DNA from: Chiloscyllium plagiosum
Lineage: Eukaryota
Assembly: GCF_004010195.1 (NCBI RefSeq)
Contig: NC_057720.1
Span: 4,133,782 to 4,184,301 of the forward strand
Length of the DNA stretch: 50,520 nucleotides
Direction of reading: 5' to 3'
Each line of letters begins with the position of its first letter. Within the stretch, counting starts at the first letter, position 1. Shown one piece after another: positions 12,993 through 24,717 of this stretch. The notes beneath the pieces are model-generated. The model ran no database searches. It saw nothing but the letters and a program-made list of their open reading frames with translations, and had not been told where the DNA came from. The position numbers and the translations under genes are program-made.

Positions 12993-13075
12993 GAGGGCTT
13001 ATGCCCGAAACGTCGATTCTCCTGTTCCCTGGATGCTGCCTGACCTGCTGCGCTTTTCCAGCAACACATTTCCAG
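12993..13075 (+). mobile_element. Family A Penelope-derived fragment with 16-bp TSD
   Basis: ctctgtcagcaagtag at 12977-12992 and 13076-13091. Confidence 0.85.
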
Positions 13076-13149
13076 CTCTGTCAGCAAGTAGAATACTTGA
13101 AGGCTTCCTGAATGGTTAATGGAAGTTTGTTTATAATGTGGGGTTTTTT

Positions 13150-13462
13150 AGATTAGATTACATTACAGTGTGGAAACAGGCCCTTCGGCCCAACAAGTCC
13201 ACACCAACCCGCCGAAGTGCAACCCACCCATACCCCTACATTTACCCCTTTACCTAACTCTACGGGCAATTTAGCATGGCCAATTCACCTGACCTGCACA
13301 TCTTTGGACTATGGGAGGAAACCGGAGCACCCGGAGGAAACCCACGCAGACACGGGGAGAACGTGCAAACTCCACACAGTCAGTCGCCTGAGGCAGGAAT
13401 TGAACCCAGGTCTCTGGCGCTGTGAGGCAGCAGTGCTAACCACTGTGCCACCATGCCGCCCA
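13150..13462 (-). mobile_element. HE1-like V-SINE, full length
   Basis: Reverse complement of the 15667-15978 element; (tctaa) tail. Confidence 0.88.
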
Positions 13463-14739
13463 CAGGTTCTGTGCAGATGGTTTTGTGACAGGAAAAGAAA
13501 GAAGTCACAAAACCATCTGCACAGCTGAATCTAGGATAGGTAAATTAATTATTTTCTGTTAAAAATCATCTGACCTCAGTTCAAAGGAGAGTCTAGATTA
13601 GAGTGGTGCTGGAAAAGCACAGCAGGTCAGGCAGCATCCGAGGAGCAGGACAGAGTGGAGAGATAAATGAGAGGGGGGTGGGGGTGGGGAGAAAGTAGCA
13701 CAGAGTACAATAGGTGAATGGGGGTGGGGATGGAGATGATAGGTCAGAGGGGAGGGTGGAGTGGATAGATGGAAGGAGAACTGACTGAATTATATGTAAG
13801 GATCGTTTCTGCTAGACAAAAAGGGGTTTCTTCAGACAGCTGAAGGAATAAGTTACCTCAGTGAAAGACATTTGCTGTGCAAGTCAAAAATAAAAGGGCT
13901 TCACATTTCAAAACTGGAACCATAAAGAAAGAGTTAATGATTTGACAGGGAAGTTAACGTCCTCTGGATTTTGATTAATTGTAATTTAGATTACCTACAG
14001 TGTGGAGACACGCCCTTCAGCCCACAAGTCCACACTGACCCTCCAAAGAGCAACCCACCCAGATGTTTGAGTAGATGGTATTTTGCTTTCTGGGTGTTTG
14101 AAATGTTTTAAGCTAATTTATACGTAGATCGTTTGATTTACTTGATTTTATTTTTCTTTCTGTCTTTTGTGTAATAAATTTCTGTTTCATTGTTAAAGCC
14201 AAATCTGCAGCCCTGTGTACATTTATGTTTCTATTAAAAAAACACATTAAATATTATAAGAACAAATTATATTCTATCAAGCCAGATCTGACTTATCTAT
14301 GAATAACATGAGTTGGGATTATAGAACAAACCTTCAGGATTGAAATTGATGGGTGTCCACTCTGGTTTGATGGATGGTAAGTCCAACGTATGATCTGTGT
14401 AATATTCCACCAATGTGGCAAGGATCAGGTGGATAGGTTGGAGGTTAGCTTGTGTGCTCCCTTCAATTTCACCTCTGTATGTTCCTGATGAAGATTCCTT
14501 GATGTATTCGGCACCTTCCCAAGTCAATGTTCTCCATTTCGGACAGTCACAAGCCAAGTCCACAGGAATGGTCAATCCTTGCAAGGAGACATTGAGGATG
14601 TTCTTAAGCCATCTCCACTGTCTTCCCTCCTGCCATGACTGAGTTCAGATTAGAGCAATCCCTTTGAGAAGCAAATGAATGTCTGGCCAAACAGAGCTAG
14701 CTCAAATGATTCATGCCTCAAGGTTAAATAAGATTTTCT

Positions 14740-15500
14740 TTGTTCTTTTGTGGCACATGGGCATCACTGGCTGCTCAGTATTTAGTGCCCATTCTTAATT
14801 GCCCCCTCAAAGGTGGGGGTGAGCTGCCTTCTTGATCCACTGCAGTCCATGTGCTGTGGGTTGACCCATACCACCATTAAGGAGGGAATGCCAGGATTTT
14901 GACCAGTGACACTGAAGGGACCACAGTATATTTCCAAGTCAGGATGGTGAGTGTCTTGGAGGGGAGTTTGCTGTTGGTGGCTCTCCATGTATCTTTTGCC
15001 CTTGTCCTTCCAGATGGAAGTGGTCATGGGTTTGGAAGGTGCTGTCTGAGGATCTTTGGTGAATTTCTGCAGGGCATCTCATAGATAGTGTGCACTGCCG
15101 CAACTGATCATTGGGGATGGAGGAAGTGAATGCTTGTCGATGTGGTGCCAATTAAGTGGGCTGCTTTACCTGATGGTGTTGAGCTTTGTGAGTGTTGTTG
15201 GAGCTGCACTCATATAAGCAAGTGGGGAGTATTCCATTACTCTACTGTGTTATACCTTGTAAAAGATGGACAAGCTTTGGAGAGTGAGTTACTTGCCGTA
15301 GTATTGCTAGCCTCTGACCTGTTCTTGTAGGCATTTTATTTATATGGTGAATCCAGTGGCATTTCTAGTCAATGATAACCTCTGGGAAGTTGCTAGTTGG
15401 TGATTCAGTGATGGTAATACCATTGAATCTCAAGAGCGGTGGTTGGATTGTTTCTTGTTAGAAATGGTCATTGCTGGAATATGTGTGGAACAAATATTAC
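14740..15500 (-). mobile_element. Old LINE 3' region (CR1/L2 clade) sharing its tail with the Deu-SINEs
   Basis: 3' end gggcactaaatactgagcagccagtgatgcccat resembles the SINE tail; degenerate RT C-terminus. Confidence 0.6.
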
Positions 15501-15666
15501 TGACCACTAATCAACCCAGTCTGGATATTATCCAGAGCTTATTTTATTCCAACATATTCGGCTTTGGTTGTTTTAGGAGAGGCACATTCTTAGAATCAGT
15601 AGTAATGTTAGAAAAGTATATAATTCAGTGAGATACGAAATTTTGCACCAGAAAACCAATCCTCGT

Positions 15667-15978
15667 GGGCAGCACGGTGGCACAGTGGTTAGCACTGCTG
15701 CCTCACAGCGCCAGAGACCCGGGTTCAATCCCCACCTCAGGCGACTGTCTGTGTGGAGCTTGCACGTTCTCCCCATGTCTGCATGGGTTCCCTCCATGTG
15801 CTTTAGTTTCCTCCCACAGTCTAAAGATGTGCAGGTTAGGTGAATTGGCCATGCTAAATTGCCCTTAGTGTCAGGTGAAGGGGTAAATGTAGGGGGATGG
15901 GTGGGTTGCGCTTCGGAGGGCCAGTGTGAACTTGTTGGGCTGAAGGGCCTGTTTCCACACTGTAATGTAATCTAATCC
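15667..15978 (+). mobile_element. HE1-like V-SINE, full length
   Basis: gggcagcacggtggcacagtggttagc (A box), gggttcaatccc (B box), V domain, CR1-like tail ttgggctgaagggcctgtttcc and taatc repeats. Confidence 0.9.
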
Positions 15979-16490
15979 AAATGCTGGGCCACCTGAATGC
16001 AATTAAGAGTCAACTACATTGTGGTGGGTCTGGAGTTACATGCCGGCCAGGCTGGATAAGAATGGCAGACTCCCTTCCCCAAAGGACACCAGTGAACCAG
16101 ATGGGTTTTCCAAAAATTGATTGTATTGTCATGATCATAATTAGACTCTTAATTCTGGATTTTTATTGAGTTTGAAAACCGTTATCTGCCATGATGGGAT
16201 CCGTACCCAGGTCCTCAGAACATTACCTGATTTCTGAATTAATAGGTTAGCAAAAAGACCACGGGGATGTCATTCAAAACACTCTGGAGTCAGATTCACA
16301 ACTTGTGGGGCGAAGAAATTTCTCCTTGCTGTATTCCTTAAGGTTCAACCTCTTCTCCTGGATTGTTCTGGATTCCCCAGGCAGAAGAAACAATCACTCA
16401 CATCAAATGACCATTACATCTTGCTTGCCAAACCCCTTCAGAATTCTCTATGCTTGATTTATGTACCTGTCATTCTTGCTTTATTCTTAG

Positions 16491-16593
16491 GTGGTCTTGA
16501 TCCATGTAGGAGTGACTTCCCTCATTGCCCATGTTAAAGTTGGACATATGCATGCTGCCTTGGAAGCAAAGACAACTGTAATAAGTGGACAAG
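16491..16593 (+). CDS. rGC exon D (ectodomain): VVLIHVGVTSLIAHVKVGHMHAALEAKTTVISGQ
   Basis: ttcttAG acceptor, AAG|gtattg donor, 103 nt, phase 0 to 1, bridging exons C and E in frame. Confidence 0.85.
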
Positions 16594-17376
16594 GTATTGC
16601 TTTAGTTGGTTCTATTTATAACATTAAACTGTATATGGGCTGTATTTTCTCATGTTTCCAAGAGATATAGATCATGGAAATATTGGTAAAAATAACATTC
16701 CCATAGCCCCTGTCTCAGAGAGAGAGAGAGAGATGGATGGTGGTACTTTAACCTGAAGGTCACTATGTCTCAGGCGAGGGGTGAAGTTGAGGAGGTGGGA
16801 CCTTTGTCGTAAGCTCAGATTTAACCCCACACTGTTGGCAACACTCTGCTTTCAGTGAACTGAGCTAACCGACTCCCAGCCCCAGTTTTCTCTCAATAAG
16901 AAAGCACTTTTTGGAATGAGAACCACACCTTCTCCACAAGCCCACAAAACAAAACAGAAAAAATCAGACTTTTACTAAAAAAAATCGTAGAAAGCATGTA
17001 GGGGTGTGGGTAAAGAGCTGGAAAATGGGATTAGAATAGTTAACTGGCTGTTATTGACCAACATAGACTCAATGGGACGAAGGGCTTTATTCTGTGCAGT
17101 GGACCTCTATGACTCTGTTCACAGCTTTCACTTTCAATAAGCAACATAGTTCCTTCCTGCACCCATGATTACTCTGAGCAGTGCCACAGGAGACCTATTA
17201 ACAACTTAGAAATTTTGTGTGTGGTATGTCTATAAAATGAATACTTTATTTTTTCTCGTTGTTCCTTCTCATTGTTACGACACTGCTATCTAATAAAATA
17301 ATTGCACAGAAACTGAATTTTTCCAAATTGTCTTCAATGCAATGAGCTATCTTGGCTTTAAACCTGTGTGTATTAG

Positions 17377-17522
17377 TTTGTGACGATGGTGTTTGCGATG
17401 GGGGTGAGCGATGTGACACCTGTCCTGCTGACTGTGGAGTCTGCCCCATGGCAATTGGCATCAAAATTTCCATAGGACTTCCTATTGCCGTGTTCGGTAG
17501 CGGCTTTATACTCACCCTGGTG
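17377..17522 (+). CDS. rGC exon E: Cys-rich motif VCDDGVCDGGERCDTCPADCGVCP plus transmembrane helix ISIGLPIAVFGSGFILTLV
   Basis: tattAG acceptor, GTG|gtaggt donor, 146 nt, phase 1 to 0; hydrophobic stretch of about 21 aa including WL of the next exon. Confidence 0.9.
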
Positions 17523-17609
17523 GTAGGTAACGATATTCCTCCTCTACTTCAGTTTATCTCTTTAATTGCATTGTGATTGTTCATTTTAAAACAAAGAAAT
17601 AAAGGTCAG

Positions 17610-18310
17610 AATTTTATTTAAACAGACAAAAACTGCAGAAAGCTGCAACACAAAGGGACTTGGGGGAACTTGTGCACAGAAAGCCAGCACACAGGGACAG
17701 CAGGTAATCGGGAAGGCTAATGGAATGTTGGCCCTTATTTCAAGGGGGTTAGAGTATAAGAGTAGGGATGTCTTACTGCAACTGTACAAGGTACTAGTGA
17801 GACCAAATCAGGAGCACTGTGAGCAGTTTTGCTCCCCTTATTTAAGGAAAGATATAATTTCCTTGGAGGCAGATCAGAGAAGGTTCACTAGGATGATCCC
17901 TGGGATGGAGGGATTGTCTTATGAGCAAAAGCTAAACAGGTTGGGACTCTACTCACTGGAGTCTAGCAGAGTGAGAGGTGATCTCATTGAAACATATCAG
18001 ATTCTTAAGGGGCTTGACAGGGTCAATGCTGAGAGGATGTTTCCCCTCACGGGAGAGTCTAGGACCAGAGGGAACAGACTCAGACTAAAGGGGCACTAAT
18101 TTAAGACTGAGATAAGGAGGAATTCCTTCTCCCAGAGAGTTGAGTGTCTCTGGAACATCTTGCCATAGAGAGCTGTGGGGGGCAGAGTCCTTGTGTATAT
18201 TTAAGGCTGAGATAGATTCTTAATCAGTCGGAGAATCAAGGATTATGGAGAAAAGGCAGGAAAGTGAATGTAAGGAATGTTGGGTCAGCCATGATCACAT
18301 TGAATAATGA
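17610..18310 (+). mobile_element. 5'-truncated CR1 LINE
   Basis: ISRGLEYKSRDVLLQLYKVLVRP...RRFTRMIPG. Confidence 0.88.
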
Positions 18311-18964
18311 AACAGGTTCATGAGGCACAATAATGCACCCATTCATTACTAAGATACAAAGTTGTGGATGCACCAATTATCGACCTTTCCTTCACCAGTT
18401 GAGGATTCACACTGTCACCCTACCTCTGAGGTCGGATTTCCGAATCTTTCCTTTCAGGATGGGAATTTGCAGAGAGAGGGAGTAACTGTTGCTCAGGATT
18501 TTCCTTTATGTCTCCATTCAAGGCAGGGAGAGAGACAGAGAGACAGGAGATGTTTTCTCTTTCAGAGGCTGGGTGTTCCTACTGCATTGTACAAACGCAA
18601 AGCAGTAGCCACTCACCCAGGAATGAATCAGGTTTTGTGACCATGCTGAATATTCACTATGGATGTGCAAATAGTCCTGGCTGAGAACAGAATCCAGGAG
18701 GAGCTTGGAATGGAGGGTGCAGGTGGGTTCGTGTAACTAGAGATTTTATGGATATTGAGAGGGTCATGGAGGGATTTGGACCTAAAGAAAGTATATAAAC
18801 AGGAGGTGAACGGAAGGATGGAAACTGTGGACCGGCATTAAGAAGTGGGTCTAAGTAAGAATTAGTGGGCAGGCTTGGTGGGCCAAAGGGCCTGTTCCTG
18901 TGCTGTATTGTGTTGTATATGCAATACACCTGATATGCTGAGATGATAACTCACAGCATCAATT

Positions 18965-19155
18965 GGTTTGGAGGTGCCGGTGTTAGACTGGGGTGTACAA
19001 AGTTAAAAATCACACAACACCAGGTTATAGTCCAACAGGTTTATTTGGAAGCACTAGCTTTCAGAGCACTGCTCCTTCAAGGAGCAGCGCACCAAAAGCT
19101 AGAGCTTCCAAATAAACCTGTGGGACTATAACCTGGTTTAGTGTGATTTTTAACA
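18965..19155. mobile_element. Palindromic Penelope-derived element (family B)
   Basis: aaaaatcacac..ccaggttatagtccaacaggtttatttggaagc is mirrored by gcttccaaataaacctgtgggactataacctgg..gtgtgatttttaac; related copies at 21138-21380, 29641-29765, 40748-40818. Confidence 0.8.
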
Positions 19156-19214
19156 CAGCATCAATAATCTTTGTTGTCCAATCTGGTTTATTTCTCATGT
19201 GTATTTCTTTCTAG

Positions 19215-19287
19215 TGGCTCCAATACCAAAAGCAGAAGATGCTCTGGGATGAGAGCTGGATCATCAATCTGAATGAAATTAAACTAG
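19215..19287 (+). CDS. rGC exon F (stop-transfer/juxtamembrane): WLQYQKQKMLWDESWIINLNEIKL
   Basis: ttctAG acceptor, G|gtatgt donor, 73 nt, phase 0 to 1; basic residues after the TM and a W-x-I motif typical of rGC juxtamembrane regions. Confidence 0.92.
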
Positions 19288-19373
19288 GTATGTGTATATG
19301 CTCAGAGTGTTCACAGAAATGTTCTGTTGGCTCTCTTTGAGTCTCATTTCCAGTTACTGTTTTGTCTTTGTAG

Positions 19374-19521
19374 GGAGAGGTATCACGGCAGCTGCTGGCA
19401 GCATCATCACTGTCCAACAAGCCAGTGGCAACTCGGTCACAAGTCTCATGACAGATGTTACCACGAACACATGCGTTGCTAGCCCATCACATAAACAACA
19501 ATTTATCCAGAAGGGGATTTA
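19374..19521 (+). CDS. rGC exon G (Ser/Thr-rich linker): GRGITAAAGSIITVQQASGNSVTSLMTDVTTNTCVASPSHKQQFIQKGI(Y)
   Basis: ttgtAG acceptor after an 86-nt intron, TA|gtaagt donor, 148 nt, phase 1 to 2. Confidence 0.9.
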
Positions 19522-19652
19522 GTAAGTTTACAGTCCAGTCACATACTTGTATCGATCCTTGTAGTTTCGGGATATGTGGATACTCTGGGAAAGTGGAATC
19601 AGGCTTGATCTTGTTGACTGTTGGAGCAATTTGATGGGTTGAACGGGCTATT

Positions 19653-20240
19653 CATAGAGTCATACAGCACGGTAACAGACCCTTTGGTCCACGCCAACCA
19701 ACTTGCCCAAACTAAAATAGTCCCACTTGCCTGCATTTGCCCCAAATCCCTCTCAACCTTTCCCACTCATGTACCTATCCAAATGCCTTTTAAATGTTCT
19801 ATTTGTACCTGCATTTACCACATTCTCTGGCAGTTCATTCTACACATGAGCCACCCTTTGTGTAAAAAGGTCCCTTTTAAATCTCTCTCCTCTCGCATTA
19901 AAGATGTACTCTCTAGTTTTGAACTCCACTACCCAAGAGAAAATATCTTGGCTATTTACCCTATCAATACTCCTCAGAGAGTGGTACGTGTATGGAATGA
20001 GCTGCCAGAGGAAGTGGTGGAGGCTGGTACAATTCCAACATTTAAAAGGCATCTGGACGGGTATATGAATAGGAAGGGTTGAGAGGGATATGTGCTGGGT
20101 GCTGGCAGGTGGGACTAGATTGGGTTGGGATATCTGGTTGGCATGGACGGGTTGGATCAAAGGGTCTGTTTCAATGCTGTACATCTCTGGCTCTATGACT
20201 CTATGATGTTATAAACCTCTATAAGATCACTCCTCAGCCT
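19653..20240. mobile_element. CR1 3' end (-) interrupted by a CR1 3' end (+, about 19975-20206)
   Basis: Opposite-strand CR1 3' UTRs, both with ctatgact tails. Confidence 0.85.
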
Positions 20241-20624
20241 TGATTCTTGTTGCTCTGTTTTACGGCTCTTATTTAATTTGTTTTCTGGTTTAGTTAAAGC
20301 CAGCGCCCAAACATTGGTAATAAAACTGTGTCAAAGTAAATGTGACATGGGGCCTCAACCTAAATATCACATGTTGATATAACTACCTGCAATAAATGTT
20401 TGCTGCTCACAATTCTGCTGTTGTCTATGATCAATACTGGTTCCAATTGGTTATTACAGAATCAGAAAGTCATTGACTCATATAAAGTTGCTCCTTGGAG
20501 TTCCCAATGACAATAGGTTAGAAACATGCCAGGTTTCCCCCTGCCTTGGATGCCCCGATATTACTGGTGCCTTCACCCAAGTAGGAAAGTGACTGCATAT
20601 AAGCAGCTAGTACCTGAGAGGGCT

Positions 20625-20945
20625 TGGGGTGGCACGATAGTTCAGTGGTTAGCTCTGCTGCCTCACAGCACCAAGGACCCAGGTTTCATTCCAGCCTTGA
20701 GCGACTGTCTGTATGGAGTTTGCACATTCTCCCCGTGTCTGCGTGGGTTTACTCCTAGTGCTCTGGTTTCCTCCCATAGTCAAAAGATGTGCAGGCCAGG
20801 TAAATTGGCCATGCTAAATTGACCATAGTGTTGGGTGTATTAGTCAGAGGGAAATGTGTCTGCGTGGTTACTTTTCAGAAGGTCAGTATGGACTTGTTGA
20901 GCCGAAAGGCCTGTTTTCACACTGTAGGGAATCTAATCTAATCTA
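20625..20945 (+). mobile_element. HE1-like V-SINE
   Basis: Same head, V domain and tail as 15667-15978. Confidence 0.85.
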
Positions 20946-22149
20946 CACCAGCTCCAGGCATAGCAAAGTTGTGAGAGGGACTTACTCATCGTTTCCATTT
21001 CACTTTCCTATTATATAAAGCAGCGAGTACCTGAGACGGTTAACTAACATCAAGAGACAAGCTCCACCCATCAGTATATAAAAGACTGTTTGCAAGGGGA
21101 AGCCAATGAATTGTTTTTCAGCTGTTCTGTATAAGAATGATGTGGAGGTGCCGGTTTTAGACTGGGGTGCACAAAGTCAGACGTCACACGACGCCAGGTT
21201 ATAGTCCAACAGGTTTATTTGAAATCACAAGCTTTCGGAGCACTGCTCCTTTATTAGTGGAGGGAAGTGTATTTAGTGTGAATGACCTCTATCTGTACTT
21301 GGTATGCTTCCCTCCTCTTCACCTGATGAAGGAGCAGCTTGTGATTTCAAATAAACCTAGTGCTGTGTGATTTCTGACTCTGTATAAGAATGTTGAATAG
21401 TCGTAGTGGTATTGTGAATTTTCCTTAAATCTAACTTGAGTTATTACCATGAACATTCATATAACTTAGACTTAATATAACTAGCACCTAAGTATAATAA
21501 CCCTATTCTGTCTTTTAAGACTGAGCCCATCTTCTGCCAAAGATTGTGTGTGGGCTTCCTTCCCTGCTTGGCATCAGAAATGATTTGGAGATGCTGGTGT
21601 TGGACTGGGGTGTACATGGCATCAGAAATGTAGACTAATATCAATAGGAAGGATTGGGAGCAGTGAATCTACCCAAGGCATCTCAGATCGATAGAAGCAC
21701 AATAGTATTGCATTGGGAAGGGCTGGAGAAACTCCATTGATCTGGCGCTGAGGTGGGTGGGATATGGTAACATTTCAATCCAAAGCCTATTCCTCAGAAA
21801 TGAAAGGGGTTGGAAAATCAGGTGATTTTTAAAAATATTGTTGACAAAGGGAAGGAGAAGCTAGTGGAACAAGTTGAGGGTGTCCAGAGCAAAAGATAAA
21901 GGGAGTGTTCATGGTGGCAAAGGAGTGATTAAGGCACAAAATAGGTGTTAATGATGAATGAGAATAGTGGAGAATAGATAGACTCTATTGAGAGCAAGTC
22001 CATGCCAAAAAGAGAAAGGTGGGAGGAAGAGGGTGCAATCAAAATATGATTTTCACAATTTCCTATCATGGGATTGGAACCCAGGTCTACACAACATTAG
22101 CTCTGTTCTGGATTGGTAGGCCAATGGTATCAGTACTACACCATGGATC

Positions 22150-22925
22150 CTGCATCCACTGCTATTTGTGGAAGACGTTCTGAACACCTACCACACTTTG
22201 TGTGTCGAAGAGCTTCCTAAAATCTCTCCTCAAAGGTCTGACCCTAGTTCTTAGACTATGTCCCTAGTTCTAGAATCCCCAACCAGTGGAAAAAGTTTCT
22301 CTTTATCTACCCTGACTTTTCCTGTTAATATCTTGAAGATTTCAATCAGATCACCCTTTAACCTTCTAAGTTCTTGAGAAAACAGGCCTAACAGGTATAA
22401 CCCCTCCTCATAACCTAACCCCTGAAGTCCCAGTATCATTCTTGTAAACTTACGTTGTATACCTTCCAAGACCAATCTATCCTTCCTAAGGTGTGGTGCC
22501 CAGATCTGCTCACAATGCTCCAAGTGGGGTCTAACCAGGATTTTGTATAACTGCAGCATGACTTCTGCATCCTTGTAAGCCATAACTCACATGCAGATAG
22601 AGGACATTCGGCCCACCAGGTCTGCACCAATCCTCCAAAGAGCATCTCACCACAATCCCCACTTTATCCCTGTAATCCCACATTTTCTGTAATCCACCTA
22701 ACCTGCACTTCATTGGACTGTGGGAGGAAACCAGAGCACCCAAAGGAAACCCACACAGACACGGGGAGAATGTGCAAATTCCACACAGTCATCCCAGGCT
22801 GGAATCAAACTGGGTCCCTGGTGCTGTGGGCAGCAGTGCTAACCACTGAGCCACTGTGCTGTCCTAAACATTCCATCTTCTAGATATAAAAGCCAGTATA
22901 CCATTAGATTTCCTGAATATTTTCT
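22150..22925 (-). mobile_element. CR1 LINE fragment with a nested V-SINE (about 22585-22865)
   Basis: LQLYKILVRPHLEHCEQIWAPHLRK; SINE reverse complement gcagcagtgctaaccactgagccactgtgc. Confidence 0.82.
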
Positions 22926-23310
22926 ACCACATATTTACAGCCACCAGCGTTGAGGAGTGCACTGGGAGCAGCATTGAGAATAGGTCTGATAGCTTCCTGC
23001 AGGAAAGTAAGGCAGACCATAAGAGAAAAACTGAAAGACAATCAATATATATTTGAAACAAAAACAGAAATTGCTGGTGAAGCTCAACAAGTCTGGCATT
23101 ATCTGTGGAAAGAAATCAGACATTTCGAGTCCAGTAATTCTCCATCAGAGTCAGCAATTTTTGTGTTTGTTTCAGATCTCCAGCATCCACTGTTCTTTGT
23201 TTGACTTCAATGTATGTTTGACCAAAATTATTTTTGAAAAAGCCAAGAATGATACAGTGCATCATGGTTTTAATTTACTCTTGTTAATTTCCTTTTCCTT
23301 TTTCTTGTAG

Positions 23311-23397
23311 TGATGGCCAAACAGTAGCTATTAAAAGGATTCCCAAGAAAACATTCACTCTCTCAAAAACGGTCAGGAAAGAAGTAAAGCAAGTGAG
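23311..23397 (+). CDS. rGC exon H (kinase-homology subdomains II-III): DGQTVAIKRIPKKTFTLSKTVRKEVKQV(R)
   Basis: Strong pyrimidine tract and tAG acceptor, AG|gtgtgt donor, 87 nt, phase 2 to 2; VAIK motif. Confidence 0.95.
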
Positions 23398-23484
23398 GTG
23401 TGTATAAATATCTGAGCAATGATATATCAAAGGCAAACAGAAAACATGTTTTATGTAATTCAATTTAAAATATCAAGGAGCACG

Positions 23485-23836
23485 GCATTGGTCAGAGTAT
23501 TGAATACAGGAGTTGGGAGGTCATGTTGTGGCTGGACAGGACATTGGTTAGGCCACTGTTGGAATATTGCGTGCAATTCTGGTCTCCTTCCTATTGGAAA
23601 GATGTTGTGAAACTTGAAAGGGTTCAGAAAAGATTTACAAGGATGTTGCCAGGGTTGGAGGATCTGAGCTACAGGGAGAGGCTGAACAGGCTGGGGCTGT
23701 TTTCCCTGGAAGGGTTTGGAGGGATATGGGCCGGGTGCTGGCAGGTGGGACTAGATTGGGTTGGGATATCTGGTCGGCATGGACGGGTTGGACCGAAGGG
23801 TCTGTTTCCATGCTGTACATCTCTATGACTCTATGG
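23485..23836 (+). mobile_element. CR1 LINE 3' end with an internal deletion
   Basis: [25 protein letters not shown] joined directly to the 3' UTR (compare 7435-8192). Confidence 0.9.
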
Positions 23837-24194
23837 CATCTATCGTCACTTAAATGAGAGAACTTTAAATTGATAAAAAGACAAATATGTTGTTAAAACC
23901 TTGTTTATTGCACTAATCAGCACAAAGGCAAGAATGCCAAATGTCAAACTTATATTAGAAAAGAAAACAGTGCTGTTAAGGATGGCGTTCAGATTGGCTG
24001 AGATTGACATGGAGAAAGCTATGGAGGAAGGTACCATAGGCTCCCCAAGCTCTTTCACGGACCAAGGCTAGACCTTGTGTTTTGTTTGCAGAGACCAGGT
24101 CCCTGTGTGTGAATGTGAGATGTTTCTAGCAAAACATAAATAAGTCACATTACAAACTCAAATGATTATCTTCATTTTTTGGTTAGTGTATTTA

Positions 24195-24380
24195 ACACAA
24201 ATACAAACTGAAAGAAGTGCTGATGCTGTAAATCAGAAACAAAAACAGAAGTTGCTGGAAAAGCTCTGCAGTTCTGGCAGCATCTGTGAAAAGAAATCAA
24301 AGTTAACATTTCAGGTCCAGTGACCCTTCCTCAGAACTGCTCCGAGGAAGGGTCACTGGACCCAAAACATTGATATTAAC
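24195..24380. mobile_element. Family C palindromic Penelope-derived element
   Basis: ggtccagtgacccttcctcag / ccgaggaagggtcactggaccc inverted pair; minus strand CTGAGGA..GGTC-actg-GACC..GAAA. Confidence 0.7.
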
Positions 24381-24717
24381 ACACTCTGAATTATTTAGCA
24401 ATTGCTGCCCCATCACAGAATATGAACCATGGTCTATCAGCCTGCACTTCCAAAACCCAAGTTTACTGTCAGATGGAATTCTAAAATATTTCAGAAATAC
24501 TCAAGTTCTGTATTACCAAGTGACTACTCACAATATGAGAGTGAACCTGCTGAGTGACACCGAGAATTATTCTTTGATTGTTATGATTTAAGGACCATTT
24601 TAAAAAGTACCTTTAGTCCAGTTTCAACACTTAGACGTGTTTGGTTGCTGCTAAATTCAGGGAGAGGAAAAGGCAATTAAATACACACTGCATGGGAAAG
24701 CTGATGGCCTCATGATA

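Noticed and set aside
15667..15740. tRNA-like sequence with A and B boxes
   Set aside because: It is the head of a multi-copy SINE, not a tRNA gene.
17523..17526. Alternative donor GTAG|gtaacg for exon E
   Set aside because: It gives phase 1, incompatible with the phase 0 start of exon F.
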